From an uncultured Candidatus Saccharibacteria bacterium (GTDB lineage: Bacteria > Patescibacteriota > Minisyncoccia > Spechtbacterales > 2-12-FULL-38-22), in contig CAYMUG010000002.1 of the NCBI GenBank assembly GCA_964393575.1, forward strand, positions 341 to 64,340: a stretch of 64,000 nucleotides of DNA. Direction: 5' to 3'. This document shows, piece by piece, positions 27,211-37,369 of this stretch. Position 1 is the first letter of the stretch. Each line of letters begins with the position of its first letter. The notes below the pieces were generated by a model. That model was not told the origin of the DNA. It made no database searches and was given only the letters and a program-made list of their open reading frames with translations. The position numbers were made by a program, and so were the translations under genes.

Positions 27211-27355
27211 AAGGGGAGTAGAAGAATTAGTTATATGAATAGGTTCGCACAATATAGGTAAAGCGAATTATGTACTTCTTTTTATTATATATACACACTT
27301 TTTTATAGTCAAACCCTATTTATCCTTAAATATATTTATAGATAATATAATAATT

Positions 27356-27499
27356 CGCTTTACCTATGCGCAGGTTTTGCGCAACTTTCCTATTAAAGGT
27401 TCGCAAGAATCTGCGCTTCGTTATTCATTCTGTGCCTATTCTATTAACATTTTTAAAGAAACGCTTTACCTGACGCAAATTGCGCAATTTTCCTATTTA
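27356..27499. repeat. two ~40-bp direct repeats (cgctttacct..gcgca..ttgcgcaaYtttcctatt), each containing the palindrome TTGCGCAA, upstream of the recombinase gene
   Basis: Copies at 27356-27395 and 27462-27499. Confidence 0.55.
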
Positions 27500-27541
27500 T
27501 TACGGGGTATGTATCCTATATTTGCCATTTTAAGCGTCTTT

Positions 27542-27865
27542 TTAGCCGTCTTCGCCCCATAGGCGCTCCCAGGCATTAACTAAGTCATGAAAGGCATTAT
27601 ATCGCGCCTCCAGGGTGTTTTTTACTGCTTCAACCTTATGGATGGCCTGCAGGTACTTGTTTTTGGCGAAATTTGTAGTTTTGTGAAATATATCTTTACC
27701 AAATTGAAAAATATATGAAAACTTTTGACGTGTCCAGTTTTTAAATTTGTTTATCTTTAACAAGCCAACTTTATCGGTTACATTTTCAGTTGTTTTGCCG
27801 GGCAAAACTAAAAATATAATCAACGCAATCAGAGCCAATGCAATAATTTTATTTAAAATAGCCAT
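27542..27865 (-). CDS. small membrane-anchored hypothetical protein
   Basis: ORF with an N-terminal TM segment. Confidence 0.4.
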   Translation of the reverse strand: MAILNKIIALALIALIIFLVLPGKTTENVTDKVGLLKINKFKNWTRQKFSYIFQFGKDIFHKTTNFAKNKYLQAIHKVEAVKNTLEARYNAFHDLVNAWERLWGEDG

Positions 27866-27950
27866 TACCTACCCTATTAAATTTAAACCTTGACAAATTA
27901 TAAATTATGTTATTTTGTAAAAACACCCCGTTTCTTTTTTACATTATAAC

Positions 27951-27980
27951 AAAAAACCGGCGCAATATGCGCGGTTTTTT
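27951..27980 (-). terminator. terminator hairpin aaccggcgcaatatgcgcggtt flanked by A/T runs
   Basis: It lies downstream of the M23 peptidase gene. Confidence 0.55.
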
Positions 27981-28066
27981 GTATTTTTAAGTATTATATT
28001 TGAATTTAGAATTTCGGGTTTGTTTGCGTCCTTGGGGTTACCGATTACCGATTACTTGTTTCTTAC

Positions 28067-29365
28067 TTAAGGAAGATAATTACCCGGATTAAGTGTTGCA
28101 CCTATGGGCAAAATTCCTTCAATACTACTCTGTTGAGTCCTGAAAGTATCTGCGGCGTATACCATAAAATGCAGGTGTGGGCCGGTACTCAATCCGCTGC
28201 TCCCCATATAACCTACAACATCCCCTTCTTCAACCTGTTCTCCGCGGCCTGTTACGGCTATATCCGCCATATGAGTATATGCAGTAATCAACCCGTTAGG
28301 ATGTTCTATGGCTACCCAATTTCCGTAAGCATAGGGCGCCTCCCCTGTTGCCTTCACAACTCCACTATCTGCAGCACGCAAGGCGGTTCCATAGGGAGCT
28401 CCCATATCAATACCATTATGAAATCCTCCCGCGCCATCGTTGCATGAAGGATAGTATTTTCGCGCAAAAGAGCTTGTGTTACATCCGTATCCTTGAGTTA
28501 GATACCACTGATTCTCTATAGGCCATTTCAGAAGTCCAGGTCTTGCTTCAGGTATTGCGCTGGGATCAAGTGCAAATCTGAGTTGTTGCTCTAACTCAAA
28601 GATCTCCTGGCGTATTTGTTTTTGTTTCCTCTGAGCTTCTGTTAGAAGTTCTTTATATTCGGATGCTTCTCTTCTGGTTTGTGCCAATAAACTTCTATGC
28701 GAAAGACGCCGCCTCTCCAAAACAATTTTTTGATTCCGAAGTGTGTTCTGCTCTTCTTCAAGTTGTGCTTGTTCTTTTTCCAATCGCTTTTTAGCTTGCT
28801 CAAGTTCGACCTTAAGCTTTTTGAGATTGAGGAGTTCTTTATGAACCGTTTCCTGAATGTTCTTGCTTGCCTGTACTTGGTTGAAGAAATTTGAAAAATC
28901 CTCATACTTAAATACGAGTTCAATCACGCTCTGGTCATCTGTGCGGTAAATTTGTTGTAATAGAGTTTCTATCTGAAGCTTCTTTTTTTCAACTTCTTTA
29001 GTTTTTTCTTCTATTTTTAAATTTACTTTTCTTATAGCCAATCGTGTTGATTGCATTTTCTCCTTTTTTACAGCTATTTGTGACTCCATCACTGCAACAT
29101 CCTGATTAAACTGTTCCACTTTTTCTTCCAATGAGCTGGCGCGATGACGGGTTTGATTATAATTTTCTCTTTGCTTTTTAGCTTCTTTTTTCAACTGTTC
29201 AAGGCGTTCTTCCTGTTGTTTTATTTTTTCCTCAAGATCATCAACGGTGTTTGTCTCTTTATGTTCACTCGCTGAAACCAACCCTCCGAATATCAGAAAG
29301 ATGGTTGCGGCCATAGCCGATAATGCTAACGTGAATGTTTTATTTTTTGTGATTAATTTAGTCAT
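28067..29365 (-). CDS. M23/LytM-family peptidase with an N-terminal coiled coil (EnvC-like murein hydrolase activator)
   Basis: A long coiled coil is followed by HNGIDMGAPYGT...HLHFMVY. Confidence 0.85.
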   Translation of the reverse strand: MTKLITKNKTFTLALSAMAATIFLIFGGLVSASEHKETNTVDDLEEKIKQQEERLEQLKKEAKKQRENYNQTRHRASSLEEKVEQFNQDVAVMESQIAVKKEKMQSTRLAIRKVNLKIEEKTKEVEKKKLQIETLLQQIYRTDDQSVIELVFKYEDFSNFFNQVQASKNIQETVHKELLNLKKLKVELEQAKKRLEKEQAQLEEEQNTLRNQKIVLERRRLSHRSLLAQTRREASEYKELLTEAQRKQKQIRQEIFELEQQLRFALDPSAIPEARPGLLKWPIENQWYLTQGYGCNTSSFARKYYPSCNDGAGGFHNGIDMGAPYGTALRAADSGVVKATGEAPYAYGNWVAIEHPNGLITAYTHMADIAVTGRGEQVEEGDVVGYMGSSGLSTGPHLHFMVYAADTFRTQQSSIEGILPIGATLNPGNYLP

Positions 29366-30912
29366 ATATTTTTTTCAGCTTTTTCCCCGGCGAGACGAAG
29401 ACGATCAAGAGTTTCCTCTTTACCTATAACTGCCATAATTTCAAAAGGACCCGGGGAAGCCTTCCTGCCGGTAAGCGCGGCACGGAGAGGCCAGAGAAGC
29501 TTACCCCTGTCCCCTGCTTCATTAGCGTGTTCCATTAATACTTCTTCAATGTGTTCTGTTTTTTCCCATTTTTCTTCAGGCATCTCTTTTATTATAACAT
29601 TTAAATTATCCAGCACCTCACGTAATTCCTCAACACTCGTATCCTTCCAGAAGAGAAGGTTTGCTTCATAGTCGGGCTTCTTAAATACAAACTCAACTGC
29701 CTCAGGCACTTCAGATAAAGTTTGTACCCTTTCTTGTTCCATGCTTACAACTTTTTTTAGCCACTCAAAATTCTTTTCTCCATATATTTCCGTTTGGAAT
29801 TTGTCATTTGTAAGATGAATAAGACCTGCATCTGCTAAATAAGGCAAAGACATCGCAGTGAAATCAGATAGCTCTAAATTCCTAATATAGTTCCCATTCA
29901 TCCAGTTAAGTTTTTTAATATCAAATACAGCTCCGGTTTGTTGGATATCTTCAACTGCGAATTCTTCTATAGTTTCTTCGCGCTCCATCAATTCTTTTTG
30001 GTCGTCTTTCGGATGCCATCCCAGCAAAGCGAGGAAATTAAACATAGCATCGGGAAGATACCCCCCATTCCGATATTCGGACACTGATGTCGCTCCATGG
30101 CGCTTGGAGAGCTTGCTTTTGTCGGGACCTAATATGAGGGGAATGTGCATATATTCGGGGATAACAACATTTTCCCGGCTGTCGGGTACTTCAATCCATT
30201 TAGACATCTCTTCTTCTGCTTGTTCCAAACGGGAAACCCCCATCGCCTCTCGTACCAGCATTTGTTTCGGTGTATTTGAAATATGGTCTTCTCCCCTAAT
30301 AATATGTGTAATATTTTGTTTATAATCATCAACCGCTACTGCAAAATTATATAAAGGCCTATCTAAGCTTTTTGCGATAGAAAAGTCACCAAGCAATTTC
30401 GAGTCAAAATCAATCCATCCTCGCACCCGGTCATAAAAGGATATAGTTTCTGTAAAATCGTTTTTCAACCTGATAATTGAACGTGTTACTTTGTCCTCAT
30501 CCCCTCTTACATCCTCGTCACGGTACTCGCATATGTGGTGTGGTGATTCTTTTCTCTCCATTTGCTTTTCTTTCTCTTTATACAATTCATCCTGTGTATG
30601 CCAGCAGTAAAAAGCGTTTCCCTTTTCCAGCATTTCCTGAAGAAAACTTTTATACATATCTATATGATCACTTTGCCGCAAAATATCCCCGTCCCACTCC
30701 AGGCCTAGCCACTTAAATCCTTCTAAAATATCTTCCTCCCACCGTTTTTCTGAACGTTCTGTGTCAGTATCTTCAATACGCACCAAAAACTCAGCTCCGT
30801 ATTTTTTCGCAAAAATATAGTTGAATAACGCGGTTCTTGCGGTACCCACATGAAGCGGGCCTGTGGGTGAAGGCGCCATGCGCACTTTTGATTTTAAGTT
30901 TTTTTCTGTCAT
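29362..30912 (-). CDS. gltX: glutamyl-tRNA synthetase
   Basis: The class I motifs HVGTART (HIGH-like) and KLSKRHG (KMSKS) are present. Confidence 0.92.
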   Translation of the reverse strand: MTEKNLKSKVRMAPSPTGPLHVGTARTALFNYIFAKKYGAEFLVRIEDTDTERSEKRWEEDILEGFKWLGLEWDGDILRQSDHIDMYKSFLQEMLEKGNAFYCWHTQDELYKEKEKQMERKESPHHICEYRDEDVRGDEDKVTRSIIRLKNDFTETISFYDRVRGWIDFDSKLLGDFSIAKSLDRPLYNFAVAVDDYKQNITHIIRGEDHISNTPKQMLVREAMGVSRLEQAEEEMSKWIEVPDSRENVVIPEYMHIPLILGPDKSKLSKRHGATSVSEYRNGGYLPDAMFNFLALLGWHPKDDQKELMEREETIEEFAVEDIQQTGAVFDIKKLNWMNGNYIRNLELSDFTAMSLPYLADAGLIHLTNDKFQTEIYGEKNFEWLKKVVSMEQERVQTLSEVPEAVEFVFKKPDYEANLLFWKDTSVEELREVLDNLNVIIKEMPEEKWEKTEHIEEVLMEHANEAGDRGKLLWPLRAALTGRKASPGPFEIMAVIGKEETLDRLRLAGEKAEKNI

Positions 30913-30920
30913 AGTATTTT

Positions 30921-32030
30921 CTATTTTATATTCTTCAGTATCACCTCCGCAATCTTAAATGCGGACTGCGGGGTTGCAAACCTTTGTGCTGCTTTGGACA
31001 TTTCTTCAAGTTTTTCGGTATTGTCGGTTAGTTTTTTAATTTCTTGTAAAAATATATTTGTTGAAAGATTAGATGTACTTAGCGTTATACACGCTCCTGC
31101 ATTTTGATACGTTTGTGCATTTTTTTCCTGGTGTCCGCCAGCGGAACTTTCTAAAGGCAGTATTATAGAGGGTTTGCCTGCTGATGCAATTTCATATATA
31201 CTGCCGGCGCCCGCTCTACTTATGACGATATCGGAAAGTGCAAAAATGTTTTTGAGATCTTCTTCTTCAAAAAATGGTTGGATGTGCCAACTTGCCGCCT
31301 CTTGTTTACTAAGCTTATCTTCGCCTGCTTTTTTAATTTTTGAATAATGTTTTTCCCCTGTCTGATGAAATATTTCGTAGCGGTTAGTTAATTCTTTAAG
31401 CGTTGCAAATATAAGCGAATTTATCGGTGTAGCACCCTGGCTTCCGCCCAGCACGAGTACTGTTTTTTTGTTTGATTTTACATTATACTTTTCCCTTACT
31501 TTTGCAGCCGAACCTCCGGACATATTTCTTACAGGATTACCCAAGTATTCTGTTTTTTCAGACGGAAATTCCGGATAAGACCCCGGGAAAGATACTACAA
31601 CCACACGGGCAAATTTTGCAAGTATCGTATTTGTCATACCGGCTTTGCTGTCGGATTCATGTAATATAATTGGAATTCCAAAAAGTCGCGCTACCATTAC
31701 TGTGGGAAAGCTACCATATCCGCCTTTAGAAAATATTATATCGGGCCTGATCTGAACCAGGTATATATATGCCTGAAAAAACCCGAATAGTGTTTTAAGC
31801 GCGTCCGGTATATTTTTGATCGAAAAATATCTTCTTATTTTACCTGTGATTAAATTCTTTATATTTATACCCTCAATTTTTAACTTGCTATTATGAGGGT
31901 TGCGCGGTCCTATAAATATTAGTTCAACATTGGCTTCTTTTTTTAATTCGCGGGCCACTGCAATCAAAGGAAATATATGACCTCCCGTACCCCCTCCTGC
32001 GAATACTATTTTTAATGGTTTGTTTTTCAT
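30921..32030 (-). CDS. murG: undecaprenyldiphospho-muramoylpentapeptide beta-N-acetylglucosaminyltransferase
   Basis: Contains FAGGGTGGHIFP, a GT28 fold and dcw cluster context. Confidence 0.9.
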   Translation of the reverse strand: MKNKPLKIVFAGGGTGGHIFPLIAVARELKKEANVELIFIGPRNPHNSKLKIEGINIKNLITGKIRRYFSIKNIPDALKTLFGFFQAYIYLVQIRPDIIFSKGGYGSFPTVMVARLFGIPIILHESDSKAGMTNTILAKFARVVVVSFPGSYPEFPSEKTEYLGNPVRNMSGGSAAKVREKYNVKSNKKTVLVLGGSQGATPINSLIFATLKELTNRYEIFHQTGEKHYSKIKKAGEDKLSKQEAASWHIQPFFEEEDLKNIFALSDIVISRAGAGSIYEIASAGKPSIILPLESSAGGHQEKNAQTYQNAGACITLSTSNLSTNIFLQEIKKLTDNTEKLEEMSKAAQRFATPQSAFKIAEVILKNIK

Positions 32031-32069
32031 ATTTATAGCGAATTACATGATGCGGGTATATTTTATATA

Positions 32070-33158
32070 TTAACGTGATTTAGAAAGCTGCAGAAGAAAT
32101 CCTGAAGCTGCAAGCATAATAGCAAGTGAAGAACTTCCGTAGCTTATAAAAGGCAGTGTTACTCCCGTTAAAGGAAATAGGCCTATAGTTGAGGCAATAT
32201 TTATAAACGCCTGTAAAAAAATCCATGTAACTATTCCTGTTGCTGCAAATCTGGCGAAATTATCTTTAGCCGAGAGTGATATCTTTATTCCCCGCCAAGC
32301 TATTATAATATACAGTAGAATTACTATTAATGCTCCTATAAAACCGGTTTCTTCAGCGAGTATAGCAAAAATGGAATCATTCATAGCAAGGGGTATAAAT
32401 TCTTTTTGTGTTCCCATAAACGGACCAACCCCGAAAATTTGGCCGGATCCTACAGCGATCAAAACTTGATTTATTTGGTAACCCAATCCCAATGGATCGC
32501 TTTCCGGCTTTAAAAAAGCCAGTATTCTATTCATTCTGTATGATGAACCCTGTACAACAACAAAGAAACCGCCCACCCCCAACATTACGAGAGAAGATAT
32601 ATACTTCAAAGAAGCACCTGCTGTAAAGTACATAATTCCTCCTATGATAACAATAATACCGAGAGCGCTGACATTGGGCTGCAATAAAAGTAACATACTT
32701 AAAATACCCATAAATATCAGAACAGACACAAAAGATTCTTTGTTTTTCAGATTTTTTTCTCTTGAAGCCAGCCATGCTGCCATATAAACAATGAAGGTAA
32801 ACTTTACTAATTCTGACGGCTGGAAAGTCGCAAAATGTAAATCTATCCATCTTTGTGCGCCGCTGGTTTGCACGCCTAATCCCGGGACAAACACAATCAC
32901 TAAAAATATTAAAGAAATAAAAAATATAAAAGGCGCTAATTTTTGTATCTTTTTGTATGGTATTAAATATAACGCAAGCGCACCCACACCTCCTAATAGA
33001 AACCCAAAAAAAGCTTGGTGCATGAAATACCCGTATATGTTACCAAAATCCTCTTTGCTCTGTGGTATAGAAGCGGAAAGCAAAGTAATAGCGCCTATCA
33101 ATATTAGCGCCCCCAGGACAATTGCTAAAATTTTATCCGGTTTTTGCTTTTTTGGCAT
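32070..33158 (-). CDS. ftsW: SEDS-family peptidoglycan glycosyltransferase (FtsW/RodA)
   Basis: A 10-TM SEDS fold, adjacent to murG. Confidence 0.8.
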   Translation of the reverse strand: MPKKQKPDKILAIVLGALILIGAITLLSASIPQSKEDFGNIYGYFMHQAFFGFLLGGVGALALYLIPYKKIQKLAPFIFFISLIFLVIVFVPGLGVQTSGAQRWIDLHFATFQPSELVKFTFIVYMAAWLASREKNLKNKESFVSVLIFMGILSMLLLLQPNVSALGIIVIIGGIMYFTAGASLKYISSLVMLGVGGFFVVVQGSSYRMNRILAFLKPESDPLGLGYQINQVLIAVGSGQIFGVGPFMGTQKEFIPLAMNDSIFAILAEETGFIGALIVILLYIIIAWRGIKISLSAKDNFARFAATGIVTWIFLQAFINIASTIGLFPLTGVTLPFISYGSSSLAIMLAASGFLLQLSKSR

Positions 33159-33321
33159 ACCGATTTCTAAAGAGTGCGACAGTTGATTGAAAAATCAAGC
33201 ACTCTGATTCGACGGAGAATGTTTACACTAAATATGACCTTCAATAAAAAACAAGGCGTTTTTATGCCGCCTACTTATATGCCCTACTCCGCCGGTTGAT
33301 TTTTTTATAATTAAAATCCAT

Positions 33322-34875
33322 CTACGTTCTTTTAAGTACCTGACCTGCCATATTTTTTATCTCTTCGTTGCGAACAGCAATTTTACCGTTGACGATAACG
33401 TGCTTTATGCCTTCGGGGTATTGATACGGATTTTCAAAATTTGCTTTATCCTGCAGTGTATCAGGGCTGAAAATAACAAGATCAGCGTAGTTCCCTTCCT
33501 TTATTATGCCCCGATTTTTTAATTTAATTTTTTCGGCAGGCTTGCCTGTAATTTTTGCTATAGCATCTTCCCAGCCAAGAAGCTCTTTTTCTTTGACGTA
33601 TTCTCGTAAAAATTTAGGCATAGCGCCGAAATATCGGGGATGTACAGACATATCTTTTAATTGTGATTTGGGTTTAATACCTACACTATCAGAGCTAACA
33701 AATGAATCACTGTGTCTAATTCCCTCCTCTACGTTTTCCTCGCTTAAGTTAGGAGTAAATACTATTATACGATTTTCAGAAGCTAAAATTAATTCTATGG
33801 CGATTTGCTCAGGGGACTTCTCCTGATTAGATGCAATTTCTTTTAAAGTTTTTCCGGAATAAGTATTATCTATATCCCCCATAGCAACTATCATATCTCC
33901 TATAGAATAAGGGCTTTCCTGCATTTCTTCTACTATTCTCTTTTGATGTTTTTCATTGCGCAGATATTTAAATATACTCTTATTGCCTTCTTCTGCTACC
34001 CAAGCGGGAAGAAATCTATATAAAACAGAGGCGGTTATAGAATAAGGATAGAGGTCAAAATTAACATTATACTTTCCTGATATAGCGCCTATTACATCTT
34101 CATATTCGTGCCAATAGTTTTTTCCGGCTACCTTCAGGTGCGAAAGTTGCATATTAACACTCGATTTTTCCGCTACCTCAAGTTGTTCGTTTGCAGCGCT
34201 CTTAAACGAATCCGACTCATTTCTTATGTGGCAGGAATAAAGGGCATTGTATTTTGAGACAAGCTCTGCTATTTTTTCCAGCTCATTGCGGTCTGCCGGT
34301 CGTCCGTGTGCGTATCCCAATCCCAAAGAAACACCGAAAGCCCCTTCTTCAAGAGCGCGCTCCATCATTAAAAGCATTTTTTTTGTTTCAACATCGGTAA
34401 GGATACGATGCTCGTCTCCTGCAAAAGCTCTGCGTATTGTAGAATGACCGGCCAACGTAGCTAAATTTATACCGAAAGAGTGTTGTTCTAATTCCTGAAG
34501 ATATTCTTCTAAAGAATTCCAGTTTACGTTTATTTTTTGCGGGTTTCCCCACTTTTGTATAGAATTTACAAAAACTCCGTCCACAAGCGGAGCCAGCGAA
34601 GAGCCGCAATTACCCATTAATGCTGTAGTGATACCCTGCCTCAGTAAATTTTCCTGTGCGGGATTATCAAAAATAGTTATAAAAGCATCAGAATGGTTTA
34701 AAATATCAACAAAACCCGGAGAAACAATACAGTTTTCCGCATCAATTATCTCTTCGTTGGATCTTTCGCGTAAATTGCCTATGTTTATTATCTTACTTCC
34801 CTCTATGCGTAAATCCGCCTGATATTTTTCCTTGCTTCCGCTACCATCTATAATTGTTCCTTTTTTGATAAGCAT
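33322..34875 (-). CDS. amidohydrolase family protein (N-acyl-D-amino-acid deacylase-like)
   Basis: The metal-binding SPGFVDILNHSD motif and the Amidohydro_3 architecture are present. Confidence 0.65.
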   Translation of the reverse strand: MLIKKGTIIDGSGSKEKYQADLRIEGSKIINIGNLRERSNEEIIDAENCIVSPGFVDILNHSDAFITIFDNPAQENLLRQGITTALMGNCGSSLAPLVDGVFVNSIQKWGNPQKINVNWNSLEEYLQELEQHSFGINLATLAGHSTIRRAFAGDEHRILTDVETKKMLLMMERALEEGAFGVSLGLGYAHGRPADRNELEKIAELVSKYNALYSCHIRNESDSFKSAANEQLEVAEKSSVNMQLSHLKVAGKNYWHEYEDVIGAISGKYNVNFDLYPYSITASVLYRFLPAWVAEEGNKSIFKYLRNEKHQKRIVEEMQESPYSIGDMIVAMGDIDNTYSGKTLKEIASNQEKSPEQIAIELILASENRIIVFTPNLSEENVEEGIRHSDSFVSSDSVGIKPKSQLKDMSVHPRYFGAMPKFLREYVKEKELLGWEDAIAKITGKPAEKIKLKNRGIIKEGNYADLVIFSPDTLQDKANFENPYQYPEGIKHVIVNGKIAVRNEEIKNMAGQVLKRT

Positions 34876-34940
34876 TACATCTAAAAAGATTAATTATTTT
34901 TATTATACCAAACTTTATACATTCTACCCAATGCTGTAGA

Positions 34941-34980
34941 TAAAATAAACGACCCTCCGACTTGAGTCGGAGGGTCTGTA
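34941..34980 (-). terminator. terminator hairpin gaccctccgac-ttga-gtcggagggtc
   Basis: It lies downstream of mraY. Confidence 0.6.
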
Positions 34981-35002
34981 TTTATGACACAATAGTTATT
35001 AT

Positions 35003-36046
35003 TTAACCTACAAGACCTATTATAATACCAAGTCCTGCGAATACTGCCGATATCACCCAAAAACGCATTACTATTTTGGGTTCACTCCATCCTATGGCCT
35101 GGAAATGATGATGTATGGGCGTGCTCTTAAATAATTTTTTATTAAATACTTTTCTCCAAAATATTTGCAGTATTACAGATGCCGATTCTAAGACCAAAAC
35201 AAATCCGATAAGCGGAAGTACAAATACCTGGTTGGTTAACATAGCAATAACTCCTAATGTTACACCTAAAGACATACTTCCTGTATCTCCCATAAAAAAT
35301 CGTGCCGGGGGTATATTAAACCAAAGAAATGCTAAGAGTGCACCTGCGACAACTATTGTAAAAGCGGCTAATTGGAACATCCCTGCTGCAAATGCAAGGA
35401 TGCCGTAACTTGCAAAAGCAATCATAAGCACACCGCCTGAAAGGCCGTCCAGCCCGTCTGTTTCATTGGTTGAAAAACTGGTTGCGAAAATTATAAATAT
35501 AAAGAAAGGTATATACCAGATACCTATACTAAAGTCTCCTGCAAACGGTATGTGTATTATATCCCAATCAAGTTTAGCCCAGAACCACCATGCCCCCACG
35601 CCGGCAATCAGAGTATATAAGAGCGCCCTTTGTTTCATGCTTATCCCCCCTCCTACCGGACCAAGTTTAAAAATACCCAATAAATCGTCAGCGAGACCTA
35701 CAATTGCAGCAGCAAAAAGTGCGGTTAATGGCAAATATGTTTCTCCTCTATCCAGAAAATTAAACTCTGCCAGGGCGGACCCAGGAAATACTTTATTAAT
35801 TAACCAGAATATTAATACGAGTATACCTACGGTGCCCCATATTAAAATACCACCCATTGTGGGTGTACCTGCTTTGTGTTTGTGCAACTTAGCAAATATA
35901 GGCGCATTAACGCTTTGTCTGATCTGTTTTCCCAGGTTGTATTTATATAGAAAATGCGTTAGTAGAGGAGTAGAAAAAAGAGCAACTACGAACGCAATGG
36001 TCCCCAGCCCGAACATTCGGGCTAATTCAACAATTTGAAGCTCCAT
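35003..36046 (-). CDS. mraY: phospho-N-acetylmuramoyl-pentapeptide transferase
   Basis: MraY TM topology with GLADDLLG. The start is placed at MELQIVE on the basis of the leader-motif alignment. Confidence 0.9.
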   Translation of the reverse strand: MELQIVELARMFGLGTIAFVVALFSTPLLTHFLYKYNLGKQIRQSVNAPIFAKLHKHKAGTPTMGGILIWGTVGILVLIFWLINKVFPGSALAEFNFLDRGETYLPLTALFAAAIVGLADDLLGIFKLGPVGGGISMKQRALLYTLIAGVGAWWFWAKLDWDIIHIPFAGDFSIGIWYIPFFIFIIFATSFSTNETDGLDGLSGGVLMIAFASYGILAFAAGMFQLAAFTIVVAGALLAFLWFNIPPARFFMGDTGSMSLGVTLGVIAMLTNQVFVLPLIGFVLVLESASVILQIFWRKVFNKKLFKSTPIHHHFQAIGWSEPKIVMRFWVISAVFAGLGIIIGLVG

Positions 36047-36172
36047 AGATTTGTTCGGCTTCGCCTCCAAAAACATTTAACAATTGACTTTTAACTTTTG
36101 ACTGCGCTCGCTTTGCGAGCGCCCGGAAAATCGCAAAACGATTTTGTCAGGAGTCAGATGTCAAATGTCAGC
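36047..36172 (-). repeat. copy B of the ~130-bp leader/promoter element
   Basis: It matches 16756-16885, sharing the leader motif, the GCGCTCGCTTTGCGAGCGC palindrome and the heptads TGTCAGG/AGTCAGA/TGTCAAA/TGTCAGC. Confidence 0.7.
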
Positions 36173-36187
36173 TGGGCGGAGCGAGCT

Positions 36188-37369
36188 TTATTCTTTCCAG
36201 ATATACGCCTTTTTTACCCAGTTTAAAAGATTTCGTGTGGCTTCCACTCTATCCTTAGCGTTAAGCGTGGCTACTACCAAGTACTTTTGTTTATTGGGGG
36301 TTTCAGAAAGTACAGTCATAGAAGGACCAGCTTCTTCCGTAAATCCTGTTTTTCCGGCAACTACACCATCGTAAGCATCCAATAGTGCGTTTAAGTTTAT
36401 CCAATAGTGCGTAATATCTTTATTGCTTACTTCCACCGTGGCGTTGGGTTGATTTAAAATCTCCCGTAGCACCTCGTTCTCCCATGCGGCGTACATAATC
36501 TGTGCCACCTCATGGGCTGTAGATATATTTTTTTCGTTTAAACCGGTAGGATCTTCAAAGGAGGTGTTCGTGAGGTTTAACTCTCCTGCTTTTCTGTTCA
36601 TTAATTCTACAAAAGACGGACCTCCTCCGGAGTTATTATTTTCGTCATAATAAGTTTGGAGGGCAACACCGGCATCATTACTGCTTTCAAGGAGTAATGC
36701 TTGCAAAAGTTGTTTTGTGGTCAGCTTTTCACCCTCTATTAACCCCGCTGAATTTCCTCTTGTTTCTATTGCCTCTTCCTGTACTGTTATTTGTTCGTTA
36801 AGATCTAAATTATCCACTACTACCATTGCCGTTACAAGCTTAGAGATGCTGGCAATAGGTCTTGGTTCAGAAATATTTTTACCATACAAAATTCTTTTAG
36901 AGGGAACATCCATGGCAATTGCTGATTCTGCATTTATATCTTTAAACTTTACCCCCCAATTTCTTGCCGGTAAAAGTTCGGGCCGTGAATTAGCTCTTAT
37001 AAAACCCGTAAGAGAAGTTCTGATTTCAGTTGTTTGAGGTAAAAATGCCGGTTTTGTTTTGTATTGTTCCAGGAACTTTTCTCTTTCAGTAAGGCGCAGA
37101 CCTGATAAATGCACCTTCTCTCCTTCCGATTGTTTTTCTCCCGCCCCTTCTTCTGCCTGAGGAGCAACCCTAAGAGATGCAGCCCAATCTTTAACTGTTT
37201 GGTTGCCGTAATACAAAAACCCTAATAACAAAAGCGGAAAAATAACAGCAACAGTAATAATGCTGGCCTTTTTTCTGTGCCTTTTTATGATGTTTGTACT
37301 TTCTCTTACACGGCTTTTTACGAATCTGGCCCGTGCATCAGCTGAATATTTAAGTTTTTTTGTGTCCAT
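36188..37369 (-). CDS. D-alanyl-D-alanine carboxypeptidase (S11, PBP5/6-like)
   Basis: SISKL (SxxK), SGN-like and KTG motifs, with an N-terminal TM. Confidence 0.8.
   Translation of the reverse strand: MDTKKLKYSADARARFVKSRVRESTNIIKRHRKKASIITVAVIFPLLLLGFLYYGNQTVKDWAASLRVAPQAEEGAGEKQSEGEKVHLSGLRLTEREKFLEQYKTKPAFLPQTTEIRTSLTGFIRANSRPELLPARNWGVKFKDINAESAIAMDVPSKRILYGKNISEPRPIASISKLVTAMVVVDNLDLNEQITVQEEAIETRGNSAGLIEGEKLTTKQLLQALLLESSNDAGVALQTYYDENNNSGGGPSFVELMNRKAGELNLTNTSFEDPTGLNEKNISTAHEVAQIMYAAWENEVLREILNQPNATVEVSNKDITHYWINLNALLDAYDGVVAGKTGFTEEAGPSMTVLSETPNKQKYLVVATLNAKDRVEATRNLLNWVKKAYIWKE

Noticed and set aside
26260-27252. Calling the tyrosine recombinase a phage integrase marking a prophage
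   Set aside because: The N-terminal and C-terminal motifs fit chromosomal XerC/XerD equally well, and no phage structural or replication genes are nearby. It was left as a Xer-family recombinase with a possible mobile islet.
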